In this document: piece by piece, positions 1 to 12,800 of the stretch | Numbering within the stretch: position 1 is the stretch's first letter | Layout of the letters: every line of letters begins with the position of its first letter | NCBI RefSeq assembly: GCF_036321535.1 | Contig: NC_087447.1 | Coordinates: forward strand, 33,420,001-33,484,000 | From: Camelus dromedarius | Taxonomy: Eukaryota | Length of the DNA stretch: 64,000 bases | Direction: 5' to 3' | The notes under the pieces: model-generated | The model's input: the letters and a program-made list of their open reading frames with translations, nothing else | Databases searched by the model: none | Told to the model about the DNA's origin: nothing | Made by a program: the position numbers and the translations under genes

Positions 1-1099
1 TAAATGGATTTTACTACTTATGACTTTACTACTTTAAGCCTTCTTTTCCAAGAACACGGTATATCTCTTTCCATTTATGTGTTTTTAACATAGTTTTAAA
101 TAGAATTTTATAATTTGCTTCATAACTGTCATGCACATATTTGATTTTATTTGTTCTTAATTACTTATACTCTTTTGCTATTATATACAAGTTATAATAT
201 TTAAGTGCATTTTTGTTGTTACCATTGCTGCTACTTTTGTTCAGCAAAGCAAATGATTTTATTTTTTGATTTTGTGTTTACCCAAATGAAATGAAAACTT
301 TGTTCATACAAAAAGAGTGTCCAACAATCTTTCTGAACTCTGGGTAATTCTAATAACTAGTGGACCCAATTTTTGGCAGACAATTATATAATTTGTGAAT
401 AATTAGCTTTCTTTTTCATAATCCTTAAGGATTTAATTTACTTTGCTGGTAAGAACCTACAGCATAATGTTGAAAACAAACAATGGTAATAAGGATTCCT
501 GTATGATTTTCTGATTTTAACAGGAATTCTCTTAATACTTAAACCATAAGTGTGAAGTTTATTCATGTTTTCTTTATGTACTTTTTACTCAGCTTAATGA
601 TACTTCATTCTATTCCTCTTTTGCTAAGAATTTTGTATCACATTTTGTATCACAAGTCAGTATTGAATCTTCTATGGCTCTTTTTTCTGCCTCTTGAGAT
701 GAACATAGTATTTTTTCTCCTTTGCTTAATGTGTTGAATTATATTAATAAGTTTTTTGATGATAAAAACACACTTACATTGTTGAAACAACCAACTGGGT
801 GTTCTCTCTCTCACACACACACTCACATTCTGTTAGATTCAGTTCTCTAATATTTTTTTTCACTCTAATCTGTGTTCGAAAGTAAATCAGCTTGTACAAT
901 TCCTCTCTTATACAGTTCTTGGCTAGTTTAGGAATCAAGGCAGTGCTATCCTCATAAATGAGATGGGTAGTGTTCTCATTTATTCTCTTCTCTAGAAGAC
1001 TTTATACAGGATTGGAATTGTCTCCTTGTATGTAATAGAACTCCCTTGTGTAACTGTCTGAACCCAGTGGTTATTTGGTGGAAAGACATCATAAACTTC

Positions 1100-1598
1100 A
1101 AAAGTGATCACAGCTCCTTTACAGTTTACTGGGTCCATATCCTGTGCAATGGGAATTTGTAGCATATCCCATCAAAAGGTGGAGTCTATTTCCCACACCC
1201 TTGAATCTGGCCTTGCATTGTAACTTGCTTTGACTAAGGTAATGCAGCAAAAACAACGTGCAAGTTTCAAGCAGAGGCCTCAAAAGGCCATTCCCACTTT
1301 TGCTCCAGCTCCAGAAACCCTGATCAGCTACCATGTAAACAAGCTTGGGCTTGGGCTAGAATGTTAGAAAATGATAGATCACAGCAAGCAGAGATGAGCC
1401 ATCTTAGCACAGCCAGCCCCCAGAAACCTAGCAGTTGCCCAAAGACGCATGAGTGAACCCACTGAGAACACAAGAACCATTCGGCTAAGCCCCAGCCCAA
1501 ATGGCCAACTCACAAAATTCTGAGCTACAATAAACGGTTGCTGTTTCAAGCCATTAAGCTTTGACTTGATTTGCTGTGCGTCAAAAGCTAACTGATAT
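1100..1598 (+). mobile_element. MaLR MLT1-family solo LTR
   Basis: Motifs 'ggtggagtctatttcccacacccttgaatctggcc' and 3' end 'aagccattaagctttg...aaagctaactgata' typical of MLT1. Confidence 0.8.
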
Positions 1599-1988
1599 AA
1601 CAGATAGTGAATCATGAATTCTTTATGATACATTAATTATTTTAAGACTACCTGGGTTTTTCATTTTCTAAGTCCAGTTTGGTAATTTATATAGAAACTG
1701 TTCATTTTTCTCTAGTTTTCTATATTTATTGGCACAAAATTCTTAATAAATTATTAACTACTACTGTTTTAATTTTGGCAGTATCTTTTGTTATGTCCTT
1801 TTATTATTCATACTGGTTCTTATACCTTCTCTCATTTTTTCTTGCTCAAACTTCCAGATGTTCAGTCTAAGTTATTCTTTTCTGCAAAAGTTGCCTTTTT
1901 TCACTGGCTACTTTTAAGATCTTCTGTGTCTTTGAGGTTCTGCTCTTCTGCAAATATTCTACTAATATGTTCTACTCATCTTCATTTT

Positions 1989-2500
1989 GTGTAACAGATT
2001 ATTAAAATGGTCAGAAACTCCTCCCTCCCTTGCATCCACATCCTTGCAATGCCATACTGCAGAATGACAGTCCTTCAAGAGATAAAGTCTATTTCTGTAC
2101 ACCCTTGCTCCTAGATTTGACCGTATGATTTGCTTTGGGCAATAAATTATTAGCAAATGCGATCAAGAAACCAAGCCTTGAAATGCATGAGTACTCTGAG
2201 GTTTCCTCTTTTCTTACACTTGGGATCTCAAAACTGCCATGTGAGTAAGCCTGAGTAGACTCCACGCAGGGGAGAACTGAGGTCTGTCAGTCAACAACCA
2301 GTCTATGACTAGAGCTGTGAAGAAGCCACCTCCTGACCAACCAACTGACCACAGATGTATGACGGAGCCCAGCAGATACCAGCACACCCAGGCCAAACCA
2401 GAAAAATCATCCCATCAACCCAAAGTATGGTGAGCTAAATAAAATGGCTCTAGTTTAAGCGTCTAAGTTTTCTAAGTGACCTTTCAGACAGCAATAGTTT
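1989..2500 (+). mobile_element. MaLR MLT1-family solo LTR (second copy)
   Basis: Starts near 'tgtaacagattattaaaatgg'; contains 'agtctatttctgtacacccttg' and 'tgccatgtgagtaagcc'; ends 'cagcaatag'. Confidence 0.75.
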
Positions 2501-3524
2501 ATATTGATTGTACTGTGTTTCCTGGAATGAGAATTGATGTCTTACCAATTTTCTAAAATTCTTAGCCATCATACTGCTAACAGCGCCCATAACTACCTTC
2601 TCCTATTGTCTTCTGGAATTTTCAGATATGTATGTATACATATACACACATTAAACACAAATAAGCAAAACACATACATAAAATATTTTTTCATATATAT
2701 CCATCTTATCTACATTTCAACCTTTCCTAGTTTCCTCTATCTCTGCACCACAATTAAGGTAATTATTAGACAATATTTTCCATTTCACAAATACTCTCCC
2801 CACCTGTATCTAACTTACTGCTTAGCAGATTCACTGAGGCTTTTTTTTTTTTTTTTAACTTCAATTGACATTTTTCATTTCTGGAATTACTTTTTGGTTC
2901 AGATCTCCCTGATCATATTTATTGTCTCTAGTCATCATGCCTTTTTTCTGATTTGTTATTTTGCTTTTTAAACATTTCAAATAGAGAGGTTTAAAAACTC
3001 TTTATCTTGTAATTCCAGTTTCTGCAGCCCTTTGAGGGATAATTGGGAAGTCTGTTATTTCTTCTGTTCTCACCCACGATGGCTGGAAAACTCTTATTTG
3101 CATGAACTTCATCTGTAGGAATCTTGTGGAGTCTACATTAAAAGTGATTTTCCCAAAGATAACCTATATTTTCTTCATCAAGAAGCCTAAGGTGCCCAAC
3201 CCAGAATCACATTAAGGTAGTTTTTGAGCTTCATGAGTAATATAAATCCAAATTTCACAACTGCATGATGTTAGAGCTGGGGTTTAACAGTCTTATTGAG
3301 GGGCTATATCTTGAGAGTCTGAAGATGAAGTAAGAGAAAGGCTAGTTACTGAAGTGCCTTCCTTTGCTAAAAAGGAGACTGTATCTGCCTACACTTTTCA
3401 CTGGAAGGGTAGTCCTCTGAGCCGTGGCTTTATTTCAGAAACTTCTATCCCAACTCCCAGTCTTGTATGGGATCTAAGCCATTCCCCTCATCCCACAAAG
3501 ACTGTTGAAATTTGAGGCTCTACC

Positions 3525-3710
3525 TGGAACTTTCATACACTGCTAGTGAGACTGTAAAATAGTACAGCCACTTTGAAAAATACACGGGCATTTTTTTTAA
3601 TGATGTTCAACATATGCTTAATACACAGCCCAGAAATCCCACTCTGACATACCTGCCCAAACAAAAATGAAAATTTTGTTCATAGAAAAACCTGTATGCA
3701 AATGTTTTTA
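3525..3710 (+). mobile_element. L1MB/MC-like 3' fragment
   Basis: 'tgtaaaatagtacagccactttgaaaaa...cccagaaatcccactct...aaaatgaaaattttgttcatagaaaaacctgtatgcaaatg'. Confidence 0.7.
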
Positions 3711-3717
3711 ACATTCA

Positions 3718-5495
3718 CCTTTGCTCTTCACCTAAGGTCAGGAAAAAAGACAGGAGCCCATTCTTACCACACTATTTAACATAGTACTCAAGGTCCTAGA
3801 TAGAGGAAACAGGCAAGGAAAAGAAAAAGGTATCTCAATCATGAAAGAAGTAAAAATGTCCTTTCATGCAGATGATATGATCTCATACACAGAAAATCCT
3901 AAAGACTTCACCAAAAACTTGTATAATAAATCAGTGAAGTCAGTACATAATCAAAATAAAATATCAGCTGCATTTCCATACACTAATAACAAACCACCTG
4001 AGAAAGAAACCAATCCCATTAACAACAGCATCAAAAATAATGAAGTATTTAGGAATCAATTCAACCAAGGAGAAGAAATAGCTGTACACTGAAAACTAAG
4101 ACTTTGATTAAAAAATTGAAGACACAAACAAATGGAAAGATATCCCATGTTCATGGATCAGAAGAACACTGTTAAAATGTCAACAATACCCAAAGCCATC
4201 TGTAGATTCAACGTAATCCCTGTCAAAATTAAAGTGGCATTTTTCAAAACTATAGAAAACAAATCCTAAAATCTACATAGAATCACAAAAGACCCCAAAT
4301 AGCCAAAGTAATCCTGAGAAAGAAAAACAAAGCTGGAGGCATCACATTTCCTGGTTTCAAACTATACTACAAAGCTACAGTGACCAAAATAGTATGATAG
4401 TGGCAGAAAAACAGACACATAGACCAATGGAACAGAATCAAAAGCCCCCAAATAAACCCTTGCATATATGGTCAACTAACATTTGCAAATCACTTATCTG
4501 ACAAGGGGTTAATATCCAAAATATACAAAGAATTCACACAATGTTAATAGCAAGAAAAAGTCCAATTTAAAAATGGGCAAGGGAACTGAATAGACATTTT
4601 CCCAAAGACATGCAAATGACCAATAGGTATATGAAAATGTGCTCAACGTCACTAAGCATCAGGAAATGTAAGTTAAAACCATTATGAGATAACACATCAC
4701 ACCTGTTAAAATGCCAACTACCAAAAAGACAAGAGATAACAAGTGTTGGAGATAATGCAGAGAAAAAGGAATCCTTGTGCACTGTTGGTGGAAATATAAA
4801 TTTCCACAGCCACGATGGAAAGCAACACAGAGGTTCCCCAACAAGTTCCAAAGGAAATGAAATCACTACCTCAAAGAGACATCTGTACCCCTGTATTCAC
4901 TGTAACATTACTCCTAATGACCAACATATGGAAATAACCTAAATACTTGTCAAGAGATGACTGAATTAAAAAAGATATGTGTGCACACGCACACAGTGGA
5001 AATTACTCAACCTTGAGAGAGAAGGAAATTCTGCCATTTGCAATAGCATGGATGGATCCTGAGGGCATTACGCAAAGTGAAATAAGTCAGATAGAGAAAG
5101 ACAAATCAGGTATAATATCACTTACATGTGGAGTCTAAAAACCTGACACCTAGAAACAGAGTAGAATGATGGTTGTCAGGGTTTAGAGGGGATAGGGGAA
5201 ATCGGAAGATGTTAATCAAAGGGTTCCAAGTTCCAGTTATAATACAAATAAGCTCTGGGAATCTAACGTACAGCATGGTAATAGCTAATAATACTGTATT
5301 GTATACTTGAAAGTTGCTAAGAGAGTAGATCTTAACTGTTCTCACCACAAAAAAGAAATGATAATTGTGTGATGTGATGGAAGTGTTAGCTAACACTATG
5401 GTGGAAATATTTTGCAATATATTAAGTGTATCAAATCAAACTGTTGTACACTTTAAACATAATGTTACATGTCAATGATATCAATAAAGTTGGAA
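3718..5495 (+). mobile_element. 5'-truncated L1 (L1MA8/L1MA9-like 3' UTR) with decayed ORF2 RT/C-terminal remnant
   Basis: ORF 3841..4092 has 'HADDMISYTENPKD' (L1 RT FADD motif). Typical 3' UTR 'gaaagttgctaagagagtagatcttaa...tcaataaagttggaa'. Many stops and frameshifts. Confidence 0.92.
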
Positions 5496-6187
5496 TAGAT
5501 AAGTGTATTCCTTTTCTTTCTTTTAATCTATCTACTTGAATCTCTAACTTCCTGGTACTGGGAGACATCCCTCTGGTTTTTGCTTTCCTCCATATATATG
5601 GCCTCTAAACCTCTCCCTTCTTCTAAGTGCAATGATGAATCTTAGAAGATTTTTGTTCTATTTTATCCCACATGTAGAGGCATTTGAAGCAGTAGGATTT
5701 TTTTAAGTATCTAGTCTACCACACTGCCAGAAGCAAGTCTGCCCTCCTACTGAAGAGCAAGACTATCTTACAATTTCATGTGTTTAACTTCCTCAATTCA
5801 CTTTATCACTGAATCCCATTTCTATGAAGTCAATAATGCAGTTCTTGTATTACCCTCTTTATAGACAGCAAAACCAAAGCTCATAGAAGTTGAGATTCAT
5901 TTCTTATCGTACATCCAAAATTGAATTAACATAGGTTCTGAGAATGAAAACCAAACTGTATCTTAAATCCCCCAGAATTAGGGCAATAAGAAACCCTCTG
6001 AGGATTATTCACATCCTGCATCATCTATACGTGGCAGTAAAGTGAACCATGAGACCTTGGGCATGTCACTTACCTCTCCGCTGAGTCTCTAAACACCTAC
6101 TTCATAGAACTGCTGTGACAATTACATGATTAAATTCACATCAGGCACATAGAAAAGCATGTGATGAAAGTAGAAAGTAGTGCTTAC

Positions 6188-6284
6188 TTTGAATAAACCA
6201 TGCTTTTGGTTGCGCTGACCAAGCCATAAACTGCTTCCTGGGGGAAGGTTAGTCTCAGGAGGGTCTATCACACGTTCATAAATC
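6188..6284 (-). CDS. NELL1: NELL1 internal coding exon, LamG/TSPN domain; exon 5 by human numbering; 97 nt, phase 2-0
   Basis: Acceptor ttctttgtccctacag|G ATT TAT, donor TTC AAA|gtaagc. Encodes (R)IYERVIDPPETNLPPGSSLWLGQRNQKHGLFK, visible inside ORF 6122..6646(-). Continues the upstream exon in frame (AG+G = Arg). Confidence 0.98.
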
Positions 6285-6524
6285 CTGTAGGGACAAAGAA
6301 CACAGTTATTAATAAAGAGGCTCAGAGCAGAACCAAAAGGTACAAACACATTATCTGAAGTCCTCATGGCGTTAGCTGCTGGTACGGAGAGATAAAGGCA
6401 CGTGGCACCTTTCAGATGACAGGTAACATGAATGTGGAGATCTGTTTCCTGACAGCACTTAGACACATTATCTGGGCCCCTCCCAGCTCTCTCTCTTTGC
6501 CCTTTTGGCAGAGGAAGGAGGAAG

Positions 6525-6710
6525 AGTAACATTTCTGAGTGTCTACTGTGAGCAGTCAACTTCATACAGAGTCTAAGTATTTTGTCCACATTACAGGTGA
6601 AAAACCTGTAGAAGTTCCAAGACTCTAAACGAGTCAACCAAGTCAAGACAGGGAGCAGTCAAGCTGGGGTGAGAATCCCCATCCGTCTGGCTGCAAAGCC
6701 CATGCACCCT
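6525..6710 (-). mobile_element. MIR SINE
   Basis: Degenerate MIR core 'cattacaggtgaaaaacct...gtctggctgcaaagcccatgc'. Confidence 0.55.
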
Positions 6711-8759
6711 CCTTTGTGCTCTACTGTGCCCTGACTGGTTTTTATTCAGTTGCCACTCCTCATTCTTACAATAACCTGCTATACCTCTCTCAACAAGGGA
6801 GCAGCAGCTACCGACATGATAGTTTGCTTAGTCTACAAAGTCAAGTAACTGAAATCATCATTCAATCAACAAATATTTATTGCACATTTTTTATGCTCCA
6901 AGCTCCATACGAAGCAACAGTAGACAGACCAATAAACCAGATGTATGAAGTTGCACCTTCATAGATTAAAAGAAAAAATTCTGCATGTGAAGAAAATCAT
7001 CATATGACATACAACTAATACAGAGGAGGCCACAGTCCCAGGATCTCTGAAAGCACTTACAGAACCTGATGAACAACTGAATTACCTCTGTTTTTCTGCC
7101 CTCCCAAGCCCCATGCTAGCCAATCACAAATCTTGAAATTTGTGCTCTCTTTAGAAAAAGTCCCTGCAACCACCAGCTGATCAGAGGCCTCCACATCACC
7201 CCTGGCAAGTACCTTCCAGCACCTTAGTACTGGGAAGGCAAAGGAAGAGCTTGCCTAAGAATTGAACTTGTCTCCTCAAGATGCTCAGGACATTGTGAGT
7301 GGGGTGTGACACAGGGACCACTGGTGAACTTCCATTCCTCATACTGGCGCTGTCCATTCCTTTCATCCCTGTCCTTACTCAGAGCAACTTCGGGAAGAAT
7401 CATTGCCAGGTAGGTCCAGAGGTCTAACAGCTAATCAGTTCCCCCGGCTGGGATGCAGCTAATTGCCTCCTGCCAGAGGGTGATGTATTCTCCAGTGGCT
7501 CTCTATAGGAAAGTGCAGAAGAACTGAAGGACTGTCCAGTTGTGTCAAGGCGAGTGAATGATTGCAAGGCTGTTGCAGCTGGGAGCTGTCACGCTGCAGC
7601 CTTACATCTTAGCTGCCTTCGTCCATTACTCTCCTATCCCCTACCAGACATATGCTGTCTCCTAACAATACATGCAAGGTCTGCAACTGACAAAGCACTA
7701 AATGTATCGGGTCCTTCTCTACTAATTATCTTTCCCTTATAAATGGATGCTCAAAACATACACAAGGAAAAAAAAGTTTCCCTGAAAAAGACAGGCTGTG
7801 TTTTCTGCACAAGAATGAACTTTTATTATTATGTTAGAAGGAACAATTTTAGATCAAACACCAGAAGACACTGTATACTTCCTAAAAAAAAAAAAAAAAA
7901 AAAAAAGTTTTTTTTCCCCTAATATTAATGAAAAACTAGAAACCAGCCAACTTTACAACAGAAGAGAAATGCATACATTATAGCAGATCAGCCTGATGGA
8001 ATTTACGGCTGTCGTTAAGAGTGATAAATATGCAGGTTATGAAATGTGGGAAAGTGTATACAAAATAATTCTCACCAGAGGAAAGTGGAATGCAAAATTA
8101 TTTATGCATTATGGAGATAACGATGCAAAAATTATGTTCGACGTTGGTGAATTTCAGAGGAGGCCAGGGAGAAACGGAAACCGCTGTATTTAGATGAAGA
8201 GGCAGAAGTGTAATTTTCTGCGAGGTTGTTTCACGAAGAAATTGTAAATATTTTCAAACTTTTTATCTTAACCTTCATTTTAAAACATTTGCATCTGTCA
8301 CAGTGAGAAGCTTTCCATTTAAATACTTTCTTTGTGGTTTTCAATGTGCTAGGAGGTGAGCTCCAGTGAGCAAAGGTGGCCTTTATCCAATGTTGATTAA
8401 GTGCATGAAGGGAGGAACCATCAGAAAGATCAAATTCCAAACCTGCTTTCTATTCCAAAATCATAGTGGCTCCCTGGGCCTTAGAAACAGCTGAGGAAGC
8501 AAACAGCTGAGGCCACTATCAGCTAAAGGAGGGCAGCGACCCAGGACGCCTGCGTCAAAGGGACGTGCTGACTTCCGCAGTCCTGCAGTCTAGGTCAGGA
8601 GCCGCTCCCGATGCTGAGGAAAGCCTGCGGCTGCTGCCTTCCTAGCGCCCCACACAGCAGGTACGATCAACAAACTGGATACAAGCCTAGCAAAATGGAA
8701 GCTTAAAAACAGAGTATTACAAAATAGACACAAAACCCCACACCTTGGAAGTCTAATCA

Positions 8760-9335
8760 TGGAGTTATCAGGCAAACCCAGTTTGAGGCACATGCCTCAA
8801 AGTAACTGCCGGTGCTCTTGCAAATGTCAATGTCATGAAAAATAAAGGCAGGCTAAGGAGAGGTGGCAGACTAAAAGTGACCAAAGGGACATAAAAACTA
8901 AATGTGAGACGGGATCCTGGACTGGATCTTGGGGCAGGAAAAAGAAAATCCCACAAAGGACATGAGTGGAAAACCTGGTCAAATTTGAACAGGAACCACA
9001 GATTACATAATAGTACTGTACTGATGTTCAATTTCCTGATTTTGAGACTTGGGAGGTATAAGTTTAAGGAAGTGTACATCTTGTTCTTCAGAAATACGTA
9101 CTGAAGTATTCAGGGGGTAGAAGGTCATGATGTCTGCAGCCTACTCTCAAAGGGTGCAGAATAACAATATGTATATACACAGTGTAAGCACACGCAGATG
9201 TAAATACACACATTATCATTTTGAGAGAGAAAGAGAAAGCAGAATCTGAACAAGGGGTTTATAGTTGTTTTTGGACCATTCTTGAAATCTTTCTGTAAGA
9301 TTAAAATTATTTTAAACTAAAGTTTTAAAAATAGA
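8760..9335 (+). mobile_element. L1MC4/L1MC5-like 3' end
   Basis: 'aaatgtcaatgtcatgaaa...gatcctggactggatc...atgttcaatttcctgattttga...gaaatacgtactgaagtatt'. Confidence 0.8.
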
Positions 9336-9479
9336 ATAAAAAAGCTATATAAGTCTATAATGTTTATAAATTAAAAATACATACATGCAAAACAATTTAC
9401 CTATTAGCCAAGGATACACAAAAATTTAAAGATTCATAATGAGGTATATGATAGTGTTTTCCTAAGGATACAAGGATGG

Positions 9480-9618
9480 TGAAGGGGGAAAAGTGAAAGG
9501 AAGGGAGGGAGGGAGGGAGAGAGCGAGGGAAGGGCAGAGGAAAAGGGGGAGAGAGAGAGAAGGAAAAAGAAAGGGAGAAAAAGACAAAGAGAAAGGAAGG
9601 AAGGATGGATGGAAGGAC
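9480..9618 (+). repeat. GA-rich polypurine low-complexity tract
   Basis: Almost exclusively G/A (ggaa, ggga, gaga units). Confidence 0.9.
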
Positions 9619-10224
9619 TGCACAGATTAATGTTGATAACATATCATAGAATAATAAATGGGGTGATCACATCCCTACGTGTGCCCCTGTAAAGGGGGAG
9701 TTATGCCATCTGTATGTCAGACAAACATAATCTTGGCTAAAGGACAGCTGACCCCTGGGGTACAGTTTGGTGGAATGCCTCGTGCAATAGGCCAGTAGGG
9801 CACAGTGGTGTGTCACTTAAATTTAGTACCACCCAAGTCTACTGAAATGCAAAGCCAAAGCTAATACAGTGAACTCCTTGGTTTCCAGTGTGGTCAGGAA
9901 ATCGAATTCTATATTCTGACATTCTGGTATTCTGGCTAATGAGGTTTCCATCCCCTCAACAGGTATCTGATTGTCTCCAACGTGTGTGACACTGTGCTGG
10001 CCATGGGGATACAGACAAAATTAACATGACCAAGTTCTTGCCCTCAGGTCAAATGCCTGAGCCAGACAGATATCAGGCACGAACACACCTTTTAATTCAG
10101 TGCAGTAAGTGTACCATCTGTGGAGGCAGAGAAATGAGGAAACAGAGTCAGAGAAGATTTCCCAAAGAAGGGGACGCTACAGCTGCATTGGGAATGAAGC
10201 GCCAAGTGGAGTTGACACGCAGCC

Positions 10225-10435
10225 ACAACAGCCAGCACTTACACAGCGCTGGTTGTGTGCCAAGCATTTGTCCTCAGGGCTTTCCACACACTAACTCACT
10301 TAATCCCCCCAACACCACCATCAGACAGGTGTTCTAGGCTCAGCAAAGTTAAACAACCTGTCCAAGGCGAGGCAGCTGGTGAATGGCAGAGCTTGGATTT
10401 GAACCCAGACCCCCCCGCCAAACTCTGTGCTCCTC
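10225..10435 (-). mobile_element. MIR SINE
   Basis: 'cagcacttacacagcgct...tgtgccaagc...ggcagagcttggatttgaacccag'. Confidence 0.8.
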
Positions 10436-10519
10436 ACTCAAAACTAAAATCCCTAACTTGACTTACTCATCGGGAAGAAATGAAGAACACAAGTTCATGT
10501 GCAAAAGCACATGATCAAG

Positions 10520-10918
10520 ACTGGTTAAGCCCTCCTAGGACCCATTTTCTCTTCCTCCTGCTGCACTGCTTCGTAGCTACACTATTTCCAGCATCCCTCA
10601 CAGCTGGGTGTGGTCATGGGATGTGCACCACTACTAAGCCTGACCTACCCCCCCACCAATCTCCCTCAAGCATCTTTCACATTCTGTCCTTCACTTTCTC
10701 TTTTTCAGCTGTCTAGAGAAGGCTCTGAGGGCTAAGAGGTGGGCAGGGCCACAAGAGGGAGGATTCCCCGATCCCTAAATGATGATGTGGGAGGCCACCT
10801 GCCAGTAGACACATCCAACCAGATGCTACAGAAGACGAAATAAAGTTCTGTGTCAACCCAGCTGAGATGGGTGAGATTTTCTGCAGCTGCGGCTGGTATT
10901 ATTTACTCTAACAAATAC
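10520..10918 (+). mobile_element. ERVL LTR16-like solo LTR
   Basis: 'tatttccagcatccctcacagctgggtgtggtcatg...actaag' and 'gaaataaagttctgtgtcaa' resemble LTR16. Confidence 0.65.
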
Positions 10919-10999
10919 ACCCTACTGAAAAACAGAAAGGCCACTGTTGCATTTTCATTCCCACAAAGCTCAGAGGTATCAGAGATCATGTGTTGTAGC

Positions 11000-11215
11000 A
11001 GAGACATGTGAACTGGGGATAAAATAGACTTGGGTTCCTGTTCCAGCTCTGTATTCTACTAGCTGTGGGACCTCAATCAAGTCATTTCTCAGTACCTCAG
11101 CTCTCACATTAAAAAAAAAAAAAAAAAAAAAAAAAGGTTATTACTGCCAACAGTATGGGTTGCAGTGAGGCTTAAATGAAATGCCTTTAATGCCATTGGC
11201 ACATAGTAGGTGCTG
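11000..11215 (+). mobile_element. MIR SINE with an expanded internal A25 run
   Basis: 'gacttgggttcctgttccagctctg...ctagctgtgggacct...tggcacatagtaggtgct'; poly-A at 11111-11135. Confidence 0.8.
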
Positions 11216-12639
11216 CCATTCTGTAAAATTCACAGGTGCCTGAGAGTGCTGTGCTACGCGGGTCACATGACCCATTCCAGCCCACTGGCTGTGCCTCCCA
11301 TCAAATGACTCCATTGAGATGAGATTTTTAGTATTCTAGGTGCCTGGCTTGTGCTCTGGGATACAGTTTAAGGGAATGACATCACTGTCACATGGAGTCT
11401 ATTGAAGAGTGGGTGATTTCAATGCTACAATGTAAGAACTTGGTGTCTATTTTACCACAAGTTCTCACCACTCTGAAAATGTTTAAATTCTAAGATTCTT
11501 TTCGCCTTCTACAAATTTAAAAGCTAGAACAAGTGAATATGGAACAGGAAACAAAGAAACCAACAGCATTAACTTCTGTTGCTGTTTATCCTGATTAGCC
11601 ATAGTACAAACTGACAACCTATTTAGATACTAAACTTTGGATTCAAAACACAACTTTTGGACAAAGTACATTTCCTATGACACCCTAAGGACCCAGTATT
11701 TTTATTATGTTAACTTTAAATGTCATTCATTAGCTTCTTTCAGTTCTTTTCAGACACAAATCACAAACTTTTCTATGTAAATTACTCAAAATTCTAAGCA
11801 AACATCTTATTTAGTATCTTTTATATCTTTTCAAAACATGTAGTTCTTTGACATTTAGAAAAGTTTGACTTTTGTTGACAGTTCATAAAATCATAGACGA
11901 TAAGGGAAGGCCTCAGGAAAAAGGAAACATTAGAAGAAATATTTTATAATTTCTTAGACTGTATTTGGACACAATCGCCAAACCAAGAATAACAAAACAT
12001 TTTATGTGAGTAAAATGCAAGACACTACTCCTGACACTTTCACCCAGGCTGGCACTAGGTACTTTCCTAGTCCATTTGGGACCCTAAGTGGATGTAGCCA
12101 ATCCACAGAAAAGGTTTCTGGGAGAATTGAAATGTCAGCAGTCAGCCAAGGCCCTCTAAGTTCTTATTTCAGACTTCCCTCATTTATCCTTTATCTGTAT
12201 TATTTTCTATATATTCTGACTGCCCTGTATGTCAGTTCTTCACTGATCTCTGAGACCTTCCCCACTTGGAGGACCCATTTGGACATACATACTTCCACTC
12301 ACGACCCTTCACCCTGTACTACCCACTGGAGTCTAGGATTCTGGTCCTGGCTGAACCTGCTTTCCCAGACCTCCCTGCCCAGGAAGGAGAAATTGGCCTT
12401 ACCTTGGCCCCGTGGGTCCAATACCTTCACCCTCAAGTTGTGCCTGCACTTCCTGACTGCCACACAACCACCGATGGCCTGCTGAGTGTGGAGGAAACAA
12501 GGCCCGCACCACAGCGTCGCTGCGCCTCCTCAGCTGCCTCCTGCACTAAGACCTGCCCCGGTCTTCCGTATAAGGCAGCTCCTGACCTCTCACCACTCAG
12601 CTTGCTTAGCCCTCATCAAAGCAAATAACTCTCCAAAAT

Positions 12640-12800
12640 TATCTTGTCTCTTTGCTGATTGACTATCTCCTCCTACCAGAAGTAAGCATCTTTAAATCAG
12701 GGGCCTTGTCTATCTTTTTCATGTCAGTGTCCTTAGCGTCTGGAAGACAGCCTAGTCAGAGTCGGTGCCCACTCTGTATAGTCAATGAATGAAGGAAGGA
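12640..12800 (+). mobile_element. L2 3' end
   Basis: 'cagggccttgtct...' ending 'aatgaatgaa'. Confidence 0.7.

Larger units (their letters stand above)
1..5740 (-). mobile_element. Very old, degraded L1M-type LINE interrupted by two MLT1 LTRs and younger L1 pieces
   Basis: T-rich L1 antisense-like sequence at about 1-1090, 1600-1990, 2500-3520 and 5500-5740, recognised by eye. Confidence 0.55.

Noticed and set aside
1100..2500. Two same-orientation LTRs as one provirus
   Set aside because: They are quite divergent from each other and the 400 bp between them looks like the host L1, not a MaLR internal region.
3841..4092. Functional reverse transcriptase
   Set aside because: Short decayed L1 ORF2 fragment with stops, frameshifts and deletions.
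6122..6646. 174-aa ORF as a standalone gene
   Set aside because: Only 6188-6284 is NELL1 coding, bounded by splice sites; the rest is intron and MIR read-through.
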